Of a stretch of 64,000 bases of DNA, positions 45,733-55,009 are shown piece after piece (within the stretch, counting starts at the first letter, position 1; each line of letters begins with the position of its first letter). The notes below the pieces were generated by a model. It had not been told where the DNA came from and did no database searches. It worked only from the letters and a program-made list of their open reading frames with translations. Origin of the DNA: Acidobacteriota bacterium (GTDB lineage: Bacteria; Acidobacteriota; UBA4820; DSQY01). A program made the position numbers and the translations under genes. The stretch is from assembly GCA_049967655.1 (NCBI GenBank), contig JBMFSH010000002.1, positions 96,001-160,000 on the forward strand. The letters are read 5' to 3'.

Positions 45733-46371
45733 TCATAAGAGGGCCTCTCCCTTGATGCGCATGGGCGTGTTCACCGCGCCCGCCGACATGATGAAGGTGA
45801 GCCCCTCCTCCACGCTGATATCCAGCGGAAGGACCTCATCGGCCGGCAGGATCACGAGGTATCCGGAGGTGGGATTGGGGGTCGTGGGGACGAACACGTT
45901 GTAGTGCTCCCGCTGGCAGCGGGCGTTGAGGTCCCCCTGGGTTGCGCTGGTGATGAAGCCCATGGTCCAGCACCCCTTTCTCGGGAATTCTACCAGGGCG
46001 ACCCGCTGGAAGCCCTTCTCCCGCTGGAAGGTTTCGAGCAGTTGCTTGGTGGCCGAATAGATGGGCCTGGCCACCGGCAGGCTCATGAGAAGGCGTTCGA
46101 ACCCCTGCCACATCCTCTTGCCCAGATAGGAGCGCACCATCAGGCCGAGGAGCACGAGCAGGGCGACGGTTATGACCAGGGAAGCGGTCTCCGTCACTCC
46201 CGCCACGGGCTCATGTCCGATCCACTGAAAGCCCAGCTTCACGAAGGGGGCGCTCACGGAGACGAGCAACTTGAAGCCGGTGTAGAGGATCCAAGCGGTG
46301 ACGGCCAGCGGCAAAACCAGGACCAGCCCCGTCAGAAAAGAGCGCCGAAGGGCGATCCAGAAACCTCTCAC
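45733..46371 (-). CDS. DUF502 membrane protein
   Basis: FLTGLVLVLPL, IYSATKQ, VEFPRKG, VFVPTTPNPTSG. Confidence 0.92.
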   Translation of the reverse strand: MRGFWIALRRSFLTGLVLVLPLAVTAWILYTGFKLLVSVSAPFVKLGFQWIGHEPVAGVTETASLVITVALLVLLGLMVRSYLGKRMWQGFERLLMSLPVARPIYSATKQLLETFQREKGFQRVALVEFPRKGCWTMGFITSATQGDLNARCQREHYNVFVPTTPNPTSGYLVILPADEVLPLDISVEEGLTFIMSAGAVNTPMRIKGEALL

Positions 46372-46961
46372 GCCTGGTCCCCGCGGAAGAGGTCAATGCG
46401 GCGGGCGAACTTCACGAAGTACTCCACCATGGAGACGATGGCGATGAAGGCGACGAAATAGAGAAGTCCCACGCCCGCGAACTTGACCCACTCCCAGTCC
46501 CGCTGGTTGCCCCAGATGATGAAGGAGATGGCCAGGACCTCCACCACCATCTTCCACTTGCCCAGAACCCCCGCGGGGATGGCCACCTGGTGAATGGCCG
46601 CGATCATCCTGAGGCCCGTCACCGTAAACTCGCGACCGATGATGATCACAACCACCCAGGCCTGCGCCAGGTGCAGCTCCACGAGCGAGATGAGGACCGA
46701 GGCTATGAGGAGCTTGTCGGCAATGGGATCGAGGAGCTGCCCCAGGGTGGTCACCTGATTGCGCTTGCGGGCCAGGTAGCCGTCCAGCAGGTCCGTGAGG
46801 GAGGCCAGCACGAAGATCCCGACGGCCAGTTCCTCGCGGTTGAAGAAGAACCACTTCTCGAAGTGAAATTCGGTGAGCAGGACGACGACCACCAGGGGCA
46901 CCAGAAAAATCCGGAACCCCGTGAGGGTGTTGGGGAGATTGAGGGCTGGATTGTTCTTCAT
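46368..46961 (-). CDS. pgsA: Phosphatidylglycerophosphate synthase
   Basis: NLPNTLT, TDLLDGYLAR...G..LDPIADK, REFTVTGLR. Confidence 0.92.
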   Translation of the reverse strand: MKNNPALNLPNTLTGFRIFLVPLVVVVLLTEFHFEKWFFFNREELAVGIFVLASLTDLLDGYLARKRNQVTTLGQLLDPIADKLLIASVLISLVELHLAQAWVVVIIIGREFTVTGLRMIAAIHQVAIPAGVLGKWKMVVEVLAISFIIWGNQRDWEWVKFAGVGLLYFVAFIAIVSMVEYFVKFARRIDLFRGDQA

Positions 46962-47072
46962 GGCCGACCGCCGATCCCGCCCATCTCCGAGGGCACATCC
47001 CCCTCCTCGAAAGGCCTTCGCCGGCCGCGGTTGCGGCGGCTCTTTCGCCCGAACGGCGGGGTATTCACGACG

Positions 47073-48620
47073 CTACCTCGGCCGCTTCCGGCGGTCCAGG
47101 TCGAACCGCTCGATCATCTTGATCAGCCCTCGGCGCGTGATACCCAGGTCCTCCGCGGCGCGGGTCTTGTTCCAGCGGTACTTCTGGAGGGCCTCAAGCA
47201 GCATCTTCCGCTGGATGGCGTCCAGGGACTCCTTCAGGCGGTTGCCACCGGCGGCGTTGGAGAGGAGCGCGGCCTGCTGAATGACCTCCGAGAGGTGGTG
47301 GGCCGTCACCATCTCGCCGTCGTTCAGGAGGATGGCCAGGCGCTCCATCTCGTTCTTGAGCTGGCGCACGTTCCCGGGCCAGTGATAGGCCGTGAGCACG
47401 TCCACGGCGTCCTTCTCGAACCCCACGTGCCTCCTGCCCAGCTTGCCCGCGAAGAGGGTCAGGAAGTGTCTGGCCAGCAGCGGGATGTCCTCCTTGCGGT
47501 CCCTCATGGGCGGAAGCTTGATGGTGACCACGTTGAGGCGGTAGAAGAGGTCCTCTCGGAACAGACCGCGCTGGATCTGGTCCTGGAGGTCCTTGTTGGT
47601 GGCCGACAGAATGCGCACGTCCACCTTCCGCAACTGGTTGTCCCCTATCCGTCGGATCTCGCCCTCCTGAAGTGCCCGAAGGATCTTGGCCTGGGAGGAG
47701 AGGGAGAGGTCTCCGATCTCGTCCAGGAGCAGGGTCCCCCCGTCGGCCACCTCGAAGAGGCCCGGCTTGTCGTGGGTTGCCCCCGTGTAGGAGCCCTTCT
47801 TATAGCCGAACAGCTCGCTTTCGAGAAGGGTTTCCGGAAGGGAGGCGCAATTCTGGGTGATGAACTTCTTGTCCCGCCGTGGAGACTTGTAGTGGATGGC
47901 CCTGGCGATGAGCTCCTTGCCCGTGCCGCTCTCGCCCATGATCAGGACGGAGACGTTGCTGGCGGCCACCAGCTCCACGGTTTCGAGGATGGAGATGATC
48001 TTCGGCGAGTTGGAGATGATCTCAGGGAACCCCTGTTCCGCCGAGACGATCTGGCGGAGGTAGCTGTTCTCCAGGCGGAAGCTCTCGCGCTCCTGCGCGG
48101 TCTGGACGGCCGAGGAGGAGAGGTCGACGAAGGACTTCAGGAAGAGGTAGTCCCTCTCGGTGAAGGCTCCCGGGAGCTTGCCGTGGTCCACGTACAGCGC
48201 GCCCAGGAGCGCATCCCCGTGGATCAGCGGCAGGCAGAGCACGGAGAGGATGTTGTAGTGGATCGCGCTCTCGCTCTGGAAGCGGGGATCGGTCTGGGCG
48301 TTGGCGGCGAGGATGCCCTCCTTCCTGTTGATGGCGGATTGCACCACCGACAGGGCCACCTTCTGGGCGTCCACCAGCTCGTCGGGATACAGGGACCGAG
48401 CCACCGTCGGATAGAGATCCCCGTGCCGGTCCCGCAGGAACACCACCCCCCTCTCGGCGTGAAGGTGCTGGATGGCCAGGTCGACCAGGTTCTGGAGGAG
48501 GGGCTCCAATTCGGTGAAGGAGTGGACCACGTAGGCCAGACGGTAGAGCGTTTCCAGATCCTGGCGGCCTTCTGGAATGGGCGGCTCTTCCGCTGTCTGG
48601 CCCAGGATCTCCTCAGTCAT
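47073..48620 (-). CDS. GAF + sigma54-interaction AAA+ + Fis-HTH regulator
   Basis: GAF domain, GESGTGKE, ESELFG, GSYTGA, LLDEIG, FREDLFYRL, WPGNVR, HTH. Confidence 0.93.
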   Translation of the reverse strand: MTEEILGQTAEEPPIPEGRQDLETLYRLAYVVHSFTELEPLLQNLVDLAIQHLHAERGVVFLRDRHGDLYPTVARSLYPDELVDAQKVALSVVQSAINRKEGILAANAQTDPRFQSESAIHYNILSVLCLPLIHGDALLGALYVDHGKLPGAFTERDYLFLKSFVDLSSSAVQTAQERESFRLENSYLRQIVSAEQGFPEIISNSPKIISILETVELVAASNVSVLIMGESGTGKELIARAIHYKSPRRDKKFITQNCASLPETLLESELFGYKKGSYTGATHDKPGLFEVADGGTLLLDEIGDLSLSSQAKILRALQEGEIRRIGDNQLRKVDVRILSATNKDLQDQIQRGLFREDLFYRLNVVTIKLPPMRDRKEDIPLLARHFLTLFAGKLGRRHVGFEKDAVDVLTAYHWPGNVRQLKNEMERLAILLNDGEMVTAHHLSEVIQQAALLSNAAGGNRLKESLDAIQRKMLLEALQKYRWNKTRAAEDLGITRRGLIKMIERFDLDRRKRPR

Positions 48621-49363
48621 GCCTTCGCCTTGAGGTCCTGCAGTTTGGCCTCCACCCGCTTGACCAGCGGGTCGTCCTTGGCCTTGTCGCCCGTCACGGT
48701 CTTCTGGACCATTTGATAGGCCTCTATGGCTTTCGCCTTCTCCGAGCGCCGCTCGTAAAACTGACCCAACTCCCAATACCCCTCGCCCTTCGGCCACGTG
48801 GGGTTGTTCAGGGTGGCCAGCGTCTTCCAGTCCTGCTCCGCCTTGTCCCACTGCTTAGAGGACTCGTAGAGGCGCGCGCGCAGGTTCAGCGCCAGCGGGG
48901 CCAGGTTGCCTTGCGTGAGAGGAGAGACCGTGGCGATGGCCTCGGGAAGGTTTCCCGAATCGGCCTGGACCAAAGCCTTGTAATAGGTGGCCAGCCCATC
49001 GGTCGCCCCGAAGCCCACCTGACTCCGAAGGGCCTGGAGGCGCGCCTGGACCTCTTGGAGCTTCTGGGCCTCGGAGGTGAAGGAGAGCTGGCCCGCGGGG
49101 GCGCTCTTGCCCTTCTCCTCGATGGGCGCCGTGTAGGCCTCCATCACCCGAGCCATGAGGTAGGAGGCTTTGGCCTGCCGGCTCTCGTGACGGGACCAGA
49201 GCGCGAAGGCTCCCAAACCCACCACCAGGAGCGCGAGGAGGGCCGCCGCGTAAACCTTCCAGTGCCGTTCCATGTTGGCGATGGTGCCGAAATAGAACTC
49301 CGACAGCAGGTCGCGGAATTCGTCCTCTCTCATGTCCCGTTTGGTGAGTTTCTTGCTGACCAT
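48617..49363 (-). CDS. Membrane-anchored TPR protein, YfgM-like
   Basis: KRDMREDEF, single TM, TPR-like helices. Confidence 0.75.
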   Translation of the reverse strand: MVSKKLTKRDMREDEFRDLLSEFYFGTIANMERHWKVYAAALLALLVVGLGAFALWSRHESRQAKASYLMARVMEAYTAPIEEKGKSAPAGQLSFTSEAQKLQEVQARLQALRSQVGFGATDGLATYYKALVQADSGNLPEAIATVSPLTQGNLAPLALNLRARLYESSKQWDKAEQDWKTLATLNNPTWPKGEGYWELGQFYERRSEKAKAIEAYQMVQKTVTGDKAKDDPLVKRVEAKLQDLKAKA

Positions 49364-49383
49364 TTCTTCTCCTCTGAGTGTGT

Positions 49384-49460
49384 TGGTGTGCCTGGCGGGA
49401 GTTGAACCCACGACCCCCTGCTTAGGAGGCAGGTGCTCTATCCAACTGAGCTACAGGCAC
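49384..49460 (-). tRNA. tRNA-Arg(CCT)
   Basis: GTGCCTGTAGCTCAGTTGGATAGAGCA-CCTGC CT CCT AA GCAGG-...GGGTTCAACTCCC-GCCAGGCACACCA, 77 nt with encoded CCA. Confidence 0.97.
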
Positions 49461-49480
49461 ATACCAGGCCAAAAGGCCGC

Positions 49481-49768
49481 TCAGTATTGTATAGTAAAGC
49501 TCCCGGCCTTTTCAAGGGATTTTGAGGGAGGGAAGGCCTCCAGCCGGTCCACCCTGGCGTGGCCGGGACCCGCGCGCAGGGCGGTCTCCAACGCCGCGAC
49601 GGCGGACCACGGGCCCCGCGCCTGCACTTCCACCGTCCCGTCCATGAGGTTGCGGGTCCAGCCCGTGAGGCCCAGGGAGAGAGCCGTGCGCGCAACGAAA
49701 TAGCGGAAGCCCACCCCCTGAACCCTGCCGTGCACGTACCAGGCCGCCGAACGCCACTGCTCGTCCAT
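49481..49768 (-). CDS. acyP: Acylphosphatase
   Basis: VHGRVQGVGFR, GWTRNLMDGTVEV. Confidence 0.93.
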   Translation of the reverse strand: MDEQWRSAAWYVHGRVQGVGFRYFVARTALSLGLTGWTRNLMDGTVEVQARGPWSAVAALETALRAGPGHARVDRLEAFPPSKSLEKAGSFTIQY

Positions 49769-49863
49769 GGCACGATTGTAGGATCCCGCCTTACGAGGAG
49801 GCAACGGCACGCCGCCTTTCCCGGTCGGTGGAGTGATATAATGTCTCTGGGAGGTCCAGTACC

Positions 49864-50022
49864 GTGCGGAATCGGCTCTTTGCCTTCATCCTACTGGTGA
49901 TCTTCGCCATGCTGCTCTCCTCCTGCGGACGAAAGGGGGATCCGAGCCCCAGGCGGGACCTGCACCGCCAGGTGAACCCGCCCTCACCCGCCGCTCCGCC
50001 GGACAACCCTTCCCATGGCTGA
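49864..50022 (+). CDS. Small lipoprotein, LptM/YifL-like (52 aa)
   Basis: GGAGG RBS; MRNRLFAFILLVIFAMLLSS-CGRKGDPSP..., lipobox LSSC; overlaps the dapF start; not in the ORF track. Confidence 0.78.
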   Translation: MRNRLFAFILLVIFAMLLSSCGRKGDPSPRRDLHRQVNPPSPAAPPDNPSHG

Positions 50023-50857
50023 GGACCTCGAGTTCTACAAGATCACGGGAGCCGGCAACGACTTCATCGTGGGCGACAACCGCCACGGGCGGTGGGCTGC
50101 TCATCCCCTCGAACGGCTCTCCCGAGGGCTGTGCCGCCGCGCTCTGTCGGTGGGCGCGGACGGCTTGATCCTCATCGAGAACTCCAACCGTGCCCGCTTC
50201 CGGATCCGGATCTTCAACAGCGACGGCACGCAGACTCGCATGTGCGGGAACGGCGCCCGCTGCGCGGCCCGGTTCGCCTTTCTCAAAGTCATCGCCGGCC
50301 GCCAAATGACCATGGAGACTCCATCGGGCGTCCTGGAGGCCGAAATTCTCTCTAACGGAGCCGTTCGCGTGGAGATCCCGGGCTTGGCGGAGAACCCTCG
50401 CAGGCTGGAGATCACCGGCGGCGGGCGGCGAATCCCTTGCCTCTTGACCCACACGGGCGTCCCTCACGCCGTGGTGTTCGTGAAAGACGTGGAGAAGGTC
50501 CCGGTGGCGAACCTGGGAGCGATGCTTCGACGGGCCCCCGAATTGGGCGCCGAGGGCGCCAACGTGGACTTCGTTTCCGTTGAAGGCGGCCCTCCCTTCC
50601 CCTTGCGGACCTTCGAGCGGGGAGTGGAGGGCGAGACGCTGGCCTGCGGCACGGGCGTCACTGCGGCGGCCTGGGTCCTGCGGCACCTCGGCAAAGCTGG
50701 GGACCGGGTGGAGATGAGGGTTCGCTCGGGCCAGGTGCTCGTCGTGGAGATCGACCCATCCAGGGTGGGCAAGCCCCTGTTCCGGCTCACCGGGGAGGCG
50801 CGCGTGGTCTACCGGGGCTACCTCTCGCAAGAATCCCTCTTGGAGGCGCTGGCATGA
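50015..50857 (+). CDS. dapF: Diaminopimelate epimerase
   Basis: GAGNDF, GADG, NSDG...MCGNGARC, TGVPH, ERGVEGETLACGTG. Confidence 0.96.
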   Translation: MAEDLEFYKITGAGNDFIVGDNRHGRWAAHPLERLSRGLCRRALSVGADGLILIENSNRARFRIRIFNSDGTQTRMCGNGARCAARFAFLKVIAGRQMTMETPSGVLEAEILSNGAVRVEIPGLAENPRRLEITGGGRRIPCLLTHTGVPHAVVFVKDVEKVPVANLGAMLRRAPELGAEGANVDFVSVEGGPPFPLRTFERGVEGETLACGTGVTAAAWVLRHLGKAGDRVEMRVRSGQVLVVEIDPSRVGKPLFRLTGEARVVYRGYLSQESLLEALA

Positions 50858-51582
50858 CGTTCGGACGGGTGTTCTGGCTCGGGCGTGAACTGGACGTGAC
50901 GCGGGACGAGGGAGGTAGGGTCTGGACGGTGGATCACCGGGAGGTGCCGCTCTCCGAGGCCGAACTTCTGGCGCCCGTGGTTCCAAGCAAGATCGTGTGC
51001 GTCGGCCGCAACTACCGCGAGCACGCCAAGGAGCTGGGCAATCCGATGCCCGCGGAGCCCCTTCTCTTTCTCAAGGCCCCCTCATCGGTCCTCGCACCCA
51101 ACGGGACCATCGAACTCCCTCCCGAGTCCGGCCAGGTGGAATACGAAGGCGAGATAGCCCTGGTCATGGCCCGCGCCTGCCGGAGGCTTGGCCCCCAGGA
51201 GGACCCCCTGGCCTACGTCGCGGGAGTGACCCCATTGAACGACGTCACCGCCAGAGACCTCCAGAAGAGGGACGTGCAGTTCACCCGGGCGAAATCCTTC
51301 GACACCTTCTGCCCCTTCGGCCCGTGGGTGGTGCCCATCGGTGATCCGCAGGAGCTCTCGGTCCGGACCACCCTCAACGGGGCCGTGGTTCAGGAGGGGT
51401 GGGCGCGGGACATGGCTTTCCCCATTCCTTTCTTGATCCGCGCGATCTCCCAGGTGATGACGCTGTTTCCGGGCGACGTGATCGCCACCGGAACTCCCTC
51501 GGGAGTCGGCAGGCTGGCCCCGCGGGATCGGATCTGCGTGGAGGTCGCCGGTGTCCGTCTGGAGAACGTCGTGGGGGAGTGA
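50854..51582 (+). CDS. Fumarylacetoacetate hydrolase family protein
   Basis: KIVCVGRNY, FLKAPS, EYEGE, NDVTARD, KSFDTF, TGTPSGVG. Confidence 0.93.
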   Translation: MTFGRVFWLGRELDVTRDEGGRVWTVDHREVPLSEAELLAPVVPSKIVCVGRNYREHAKELGNPMPAEPLLFLKAPSSVLAPNGTIELPPESGQVEYEGEIALVMARACRRLGPQEDPLAYVAGVTPLNDVTARDLQKRDVQFTRAKSFDTFCPFGPWVVPIGDPQELSVRTTLNGAVVQEGWARDMAFPIPFLIRAISQVMTLFPGDVIATGTPSGVGRLAPRDRICVEVAGVRLENVVGE

Positions 51583-51588
51583 GCCATT

Positions 51589-53133
51589 ATGCGCGACAGA
51601 ACCGACCCCCACGGCACCACCGACCCATACGCCCATCTCCAGGCTCTCGCGGACGCCTGCGATTGCGCCGTCCTCGCCTGCCTGGGTGACGGGAAGGTCG
51701 CGGCCGCCAACGGCGAGGCGGAGAGGCTTCTGGGTTGGACCCGACACGAGCTGATCGGCCGCCGCCTAGCCTCGGAACTGGCTCTCCTGGCGGAGGAGCC
51801 TTCCCACCCGGGCGGCACCGCCGCCCCTACCGAGGAGCGCCTCCCGCTGAAGCTGAGAGACGGGAGCCGCAGGATCTTCTCGGTCCGAATCGCCTCCCTG
51901 CCCCCGAGGGCCCCGGGAGACTCGGCCACGCTCTGGATCGGCCTTCGGGATCCCGACACGGCGGGGTTGAAGGAGCGGTTGCGGGACCTCAACGGCCAGC
52001 TCGGCGTCTTTCTGGACCACGCAACGGACGTGATCTTCCGGCTGGATGCCCGCGGGCGCCTGACCTTCGCCAATCCGGCCGCACGAACCGTCCTCGGCCA
52101 TGAGCCGGCACAGTGGATAGGACGTGAGCTTGAGCTCGCGCAGTTTCTCCCCCCCGAGGAAATCGACCGACTCAATCTGGGCGGGGCCGTCCGGCTTTTT
52201 CGGGAGGGATTCAAGAACCGCCTCCTCCGGGTTCGTCGGAAGGACGGGAGCACCTTCTGGGGGCTTCTCACCCTGGCTCCCACGCGCTATAGAAACCGCC
52301 GCTCCCTTCTGGGCGTACTCCGGGACGTCAGCGAGTTCTACCAGACCCGGGAGGCCCTCGTGCAGCAGCACTTGGAGCTCCAGCAGACGGTCGCCCAGCT
52401 CGAGGAGGCGGGCCGCCTCCAGGAGCAGTTCGTGGCGAACATCACTCACGAGCTGCGCACGCCGGTCACGGCGATCCTCATGGCCTGCGAGCTCCTCCAG
52501 CGGGATGCCCGCGAACTTTCGAGGGACCAGGAGGTACGCCACCTCGCCCTCATTCACCGAAACGCCACCACCCTCCTGGGCACCATCAACGGCCTGCTGG
52601 ATCTGGCCAAGCTCAAGAGAAACGCCTTCCTGCCCAGGCCCCGTCCCTTTCCGCTGCGAGCCTTCCTCGAAGGGGTGACCGAGGAGGTGGAACCGCTCTT
52701 CGTGCAGAAGGGGCTGACGCTCAGCCGCGATTTTCCGTTCGATCTGCCCGAGCAGATCTCGTCCGACCCGGAACTGCTGCACAAGGTGCTGGCCAATCTG
52801 CTGAGCAACGCCTTCAAGTTCACCCAACAGGGTGGAGCCGCCTTCTCCGCGCGTTGCAGCGACCGCCTCCTCCGCGTAAGCGTGGCCGATTCGGGGCCGG
52901 GCATCCCCCGGGACCAGCTCGGTCTCATCTTCCAGGAATTTCGCCAGGTGGACGGATCCGACTCCAGGGTCTACCCGGGAAGCGGCCTGGGGCTCGCCAT
53001 CGCGGATCGCCTGACGCGGCTGCTGGGCGGGAGCATCGAGGTGACCTCCGTTCCGGGCGAGGGGTCCGTCTTCACGGTCGTCCTGCCGCTGGAGCCTCCG
53101 GCCCGGAGGCGCCGGGCCCAGGGGAGCGCATGA
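51589..53133 (+). CDS. PAS-PAS sensor histidine kinase (no evident TM)
   Basis: Two PAS domains, THELRTP, NLLSNAFKFT, DSGPGI, GSGLGL. Confidence 0.93.
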   Translation: MRDRTDPHGTTDPYAHLQALADACDCAVLACLGDGKVAAANGEAERLLGWTRHELIGRRLASELALLAEEPSHPGGTAAPTEERLPLKLRDGSRRIFSVRIASLPPRAPGDSATLWIGLRDPDTAGLKERLRDLNGQLGVFLDHATDVIFRLDARGRLTFANPAARTVLGHEPAQWIGRELELAQFLPPEEIDRLNLGGAVRLFREGFKNRLLRVRRKDGSTFWGLLTLAPTRYRNRRSLLGVLRDVSEFYQTREALVQQHLELQQTVAQLEEAGRLQEQFVANITHELRTPVTAILMACELLQRDARELSRDQEVRHLALIHRNATTLLGTINGLLDLAKLKRNAFLPRPRPFPLRAFLEGVTEEVEPLFVQKGLTLSRDFPFDLPEQISSDPELLHKVLANLLSNAFKFTQQGGAAFSARCSDRLLRVSVADSGPGIPRDQLGLIFQEFRQVDGSDSRVYPGSGLGLAIADRLTRLLGGSIEVTSVPGEGSVFTVVLPLEPPARRRRAQGSA

Positions 53134-53193
53134 TGCACCTCCTTCTGGAATTGCTGAAGTGGTAGGCGCGTTTGTTGCCGACGGAGGGCTGGC

Positions 53194-53979
53194 GTGGCCG
53201 AAGAGCGAAGGGTGACGGCGGTGGAGGTGGCGGGGGAGGCCGGCCCCTCTGAGGGCGGCTTTCTGACGCTCGTGCGGCTGAAGTACCGGAATCGCTACGA
53301 CGACGGTACCCACTCCAGGCCCTATCTTTACGAATACATCCACCGGCGTGGCTTTGACGCCGTGGCCATGGCGCTCTACCACGAACTGGGCGGGCAGCCC
53401 CAGATGGCCTACCGGCCTGGCATCCGCGTGCCGGTCTACTTCCGGAAGGACCTTCCCCTTCCCCTGCCCGACCGGCGCAGCTACCTCTTCATCCCCGAGG
53501 CCGTGGCCGGTAGCCTCGAACCGCAGGACCGGGGAGTGGATGGCTTTTTGGCGCGGGTGGTGGCCGAGGTATGGGAGGAGGCCGGGCTTCGCATCTCGCC
53601 CGGCCAGGTCGAGCCGCTGGGCGGGGGCTTCTTTCCCTCGCACGGGCAGTCCTCGGAGAAGATCCACCTCTGCGCCGTCCGAGTCGATCCAGACGCGGCC
53701 ACTGTGCCCGAAGGCGACGGCTCGGTGAACGAAAGCGACGCGCCGCCCATCCGCTTCGAGCCGGTCCGCGAGATCCTTCTAGGGTGCGCCAGGGGGGAGA
53801 TCGAAGACCCCAAGGTGGAGGTGCTCGCGTGGCGCCTCTGCCTGAGGCTGGGGTACCTGCCCGTGGAGGGGCGCTACGCGAATGCGGCGGAGCGATCCTC
53901 TGTGGTAGGATTCCAGGACGCGATCCGCGACGGCGGTTGGTCGGGGGGCCCGCCTGAGGAAAGAGAATCTGGGGCTTGA
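53194..53979 (+). CDS. NUDIX-like hydrolase
   Basis: EAVAGSLE...EVWEEAG variant Nudix box, FPSHGQSSEKI, IEDPK. Confidence 0.7.
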   Translation: MAEERRVTAVEVAGEAGPSEGGFLTLVRLKYRNRYDDGTHSRPYLYEYIHRRGFDAVAMALYHELGGQPQMAYRPGIRVPVYFRKDLPLPLPDRRSYLFIPEAVAGSLEPQDRGVDGFLARVVAEVWEEAGLRISPGQVEPLGGGFFPSHGQSSEKIHLCAVRVDPDAATVPEGDGSVNESDAPPIRFEPVREILLGCARGEIEDPKVEVLAWRLCLRLGYLPVEGRYANAAERSSVVGFQDAIRDGGWSGGPPEERESGA

Positions 53980-53995
53980 CTGGGAAAGGGCGCCC

Positions 53996-54967
53996 ATGAA
54001 GGAGAACGTCTTCTGCCGATTGCTCAAGATCCGCTATCCCATCCTCGTGGGAGGGATGACCTGGGTCTCGGAGGCCGTCCTCGCGGCCGCCGTTTCCGAG
54101 GCCGGCGGGCTCGGGACCATCGCCACCGGCAACATGCCGGGGGAGCTCCTCCGCGATGAGGTGCGCAAGCTGCGCACGCTCACGGACAGACCGTTCGCGG
54201 TCAACCTGATCATGCTCTCCCCCAATTTCCGCGACTGTCTGGAGGTGGTCAAGCAGGAGAGGGTACCCGTCATCACCCTGGGCGCAGGCAACTCCGGGCC
54301 CTTCATCGCCGATCTGAAGAGGGCGGGCGTCATCGTGATCCCCGTCGTCAACTCGGTGGCCCTGGCCAGGCGACTGGAGCGCTCCGGCGCCGATGCGATC
54401 GTGGCCGAGGGCGAGGAGGCGGGTGGACACATCGGCGACACCTCGACCATGCCCCTCATCCCCCAGATGGTGGACGCCCTCTCCATTCCGGTGGCGGCGG
54501 CGGGGGGCATCGCCGACGGGCGGGGCATGGCCGCGGCCTTCGCCCTCGGGGCCCAGGGCATCCAACTGGGCACGGCCCTCGTTGTGGCCCACGAATCCAG
54601 GGCTCACGACAACTACAAGGAGGCCATCGTCAAGGCCTCCGACCGCGCCACGGCCGTGACGGGCCGCTCCATCAACAAGCCAGTTCGCGCCCTCAAGAAC
54701 ATGCTCACCCAGGAGTTCCACGAGATGGAGGGCCAGGGGGCGCCGTGGGAGGAGATCGAGGGCCTGGCCGTGGGCAGGCTGCGCGCCGCCGTCATGGAGG
54801 GAGACGTCACGCGCGGCTCCGTGATGATGGGCCAGGTGGCCGGACTCGTGAAGCGCCGTGCGAGCGCAAAGGAGATCCTCGACGGTGTAGTGAAGGAGTT
54901 CAACGAGGTCATGGAGAAGATCGGGGGCTACCGAATCCCGCCCGGCGGCTTTCCAGTCGATTCTTGA
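53996..54967 (+). CDS. fabK: Enoyl-ACP reductase II / nitronate monooxygenase family
   Basis: GGMTWVS, AVSEAGGLG, EGEEAGGHIG, AAGGIADGRG, MMGQVAG. Confidence 0.88.
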   Translation: MKENVFCRLLKIRYPILVGGMTWVSEAVLAAAVSEAGGLGTIATGNMPGELLRDEVRKLRTLTDRPFAVNLIMLSPNFRDCLEVVKQERVPVITLGAGNSGPFIADLKRAGVIVIPVVNSVALARRLERSGADAIVAEGEEAGGHIGDTSTMPLIPQMVDALSIPVAAAGGIADGRGMAAAFALGAQGIQLGTALVVAHESRAHDNYKEAIVKASDRATAVTGRSINKPVRALKNMLTQEFHEMEGQGAPWEEIEGLAVGRLRAAVMEGDVTRGSVMMGQVAGLVKRRASAKEILDGVVKEFNEVMEKIGGYRIPPGGFPVDS

Positions 54968-55009
54968 TCGAGATCTAAAACCGTCCACCCGCCATCAAAG
55001 GCATGCGCC

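Noticed and set aside
49384..49410. tRNA-Arg as an integration site
   Set aside because: No att repeat or mobile genes; a housekeeping-type gene starts about 20 nt downstream.
53130..53165. 11-codon ORF MMHLLLELLKW overlapping the kinase stop
   Set aside because: Too short, with no independent support.
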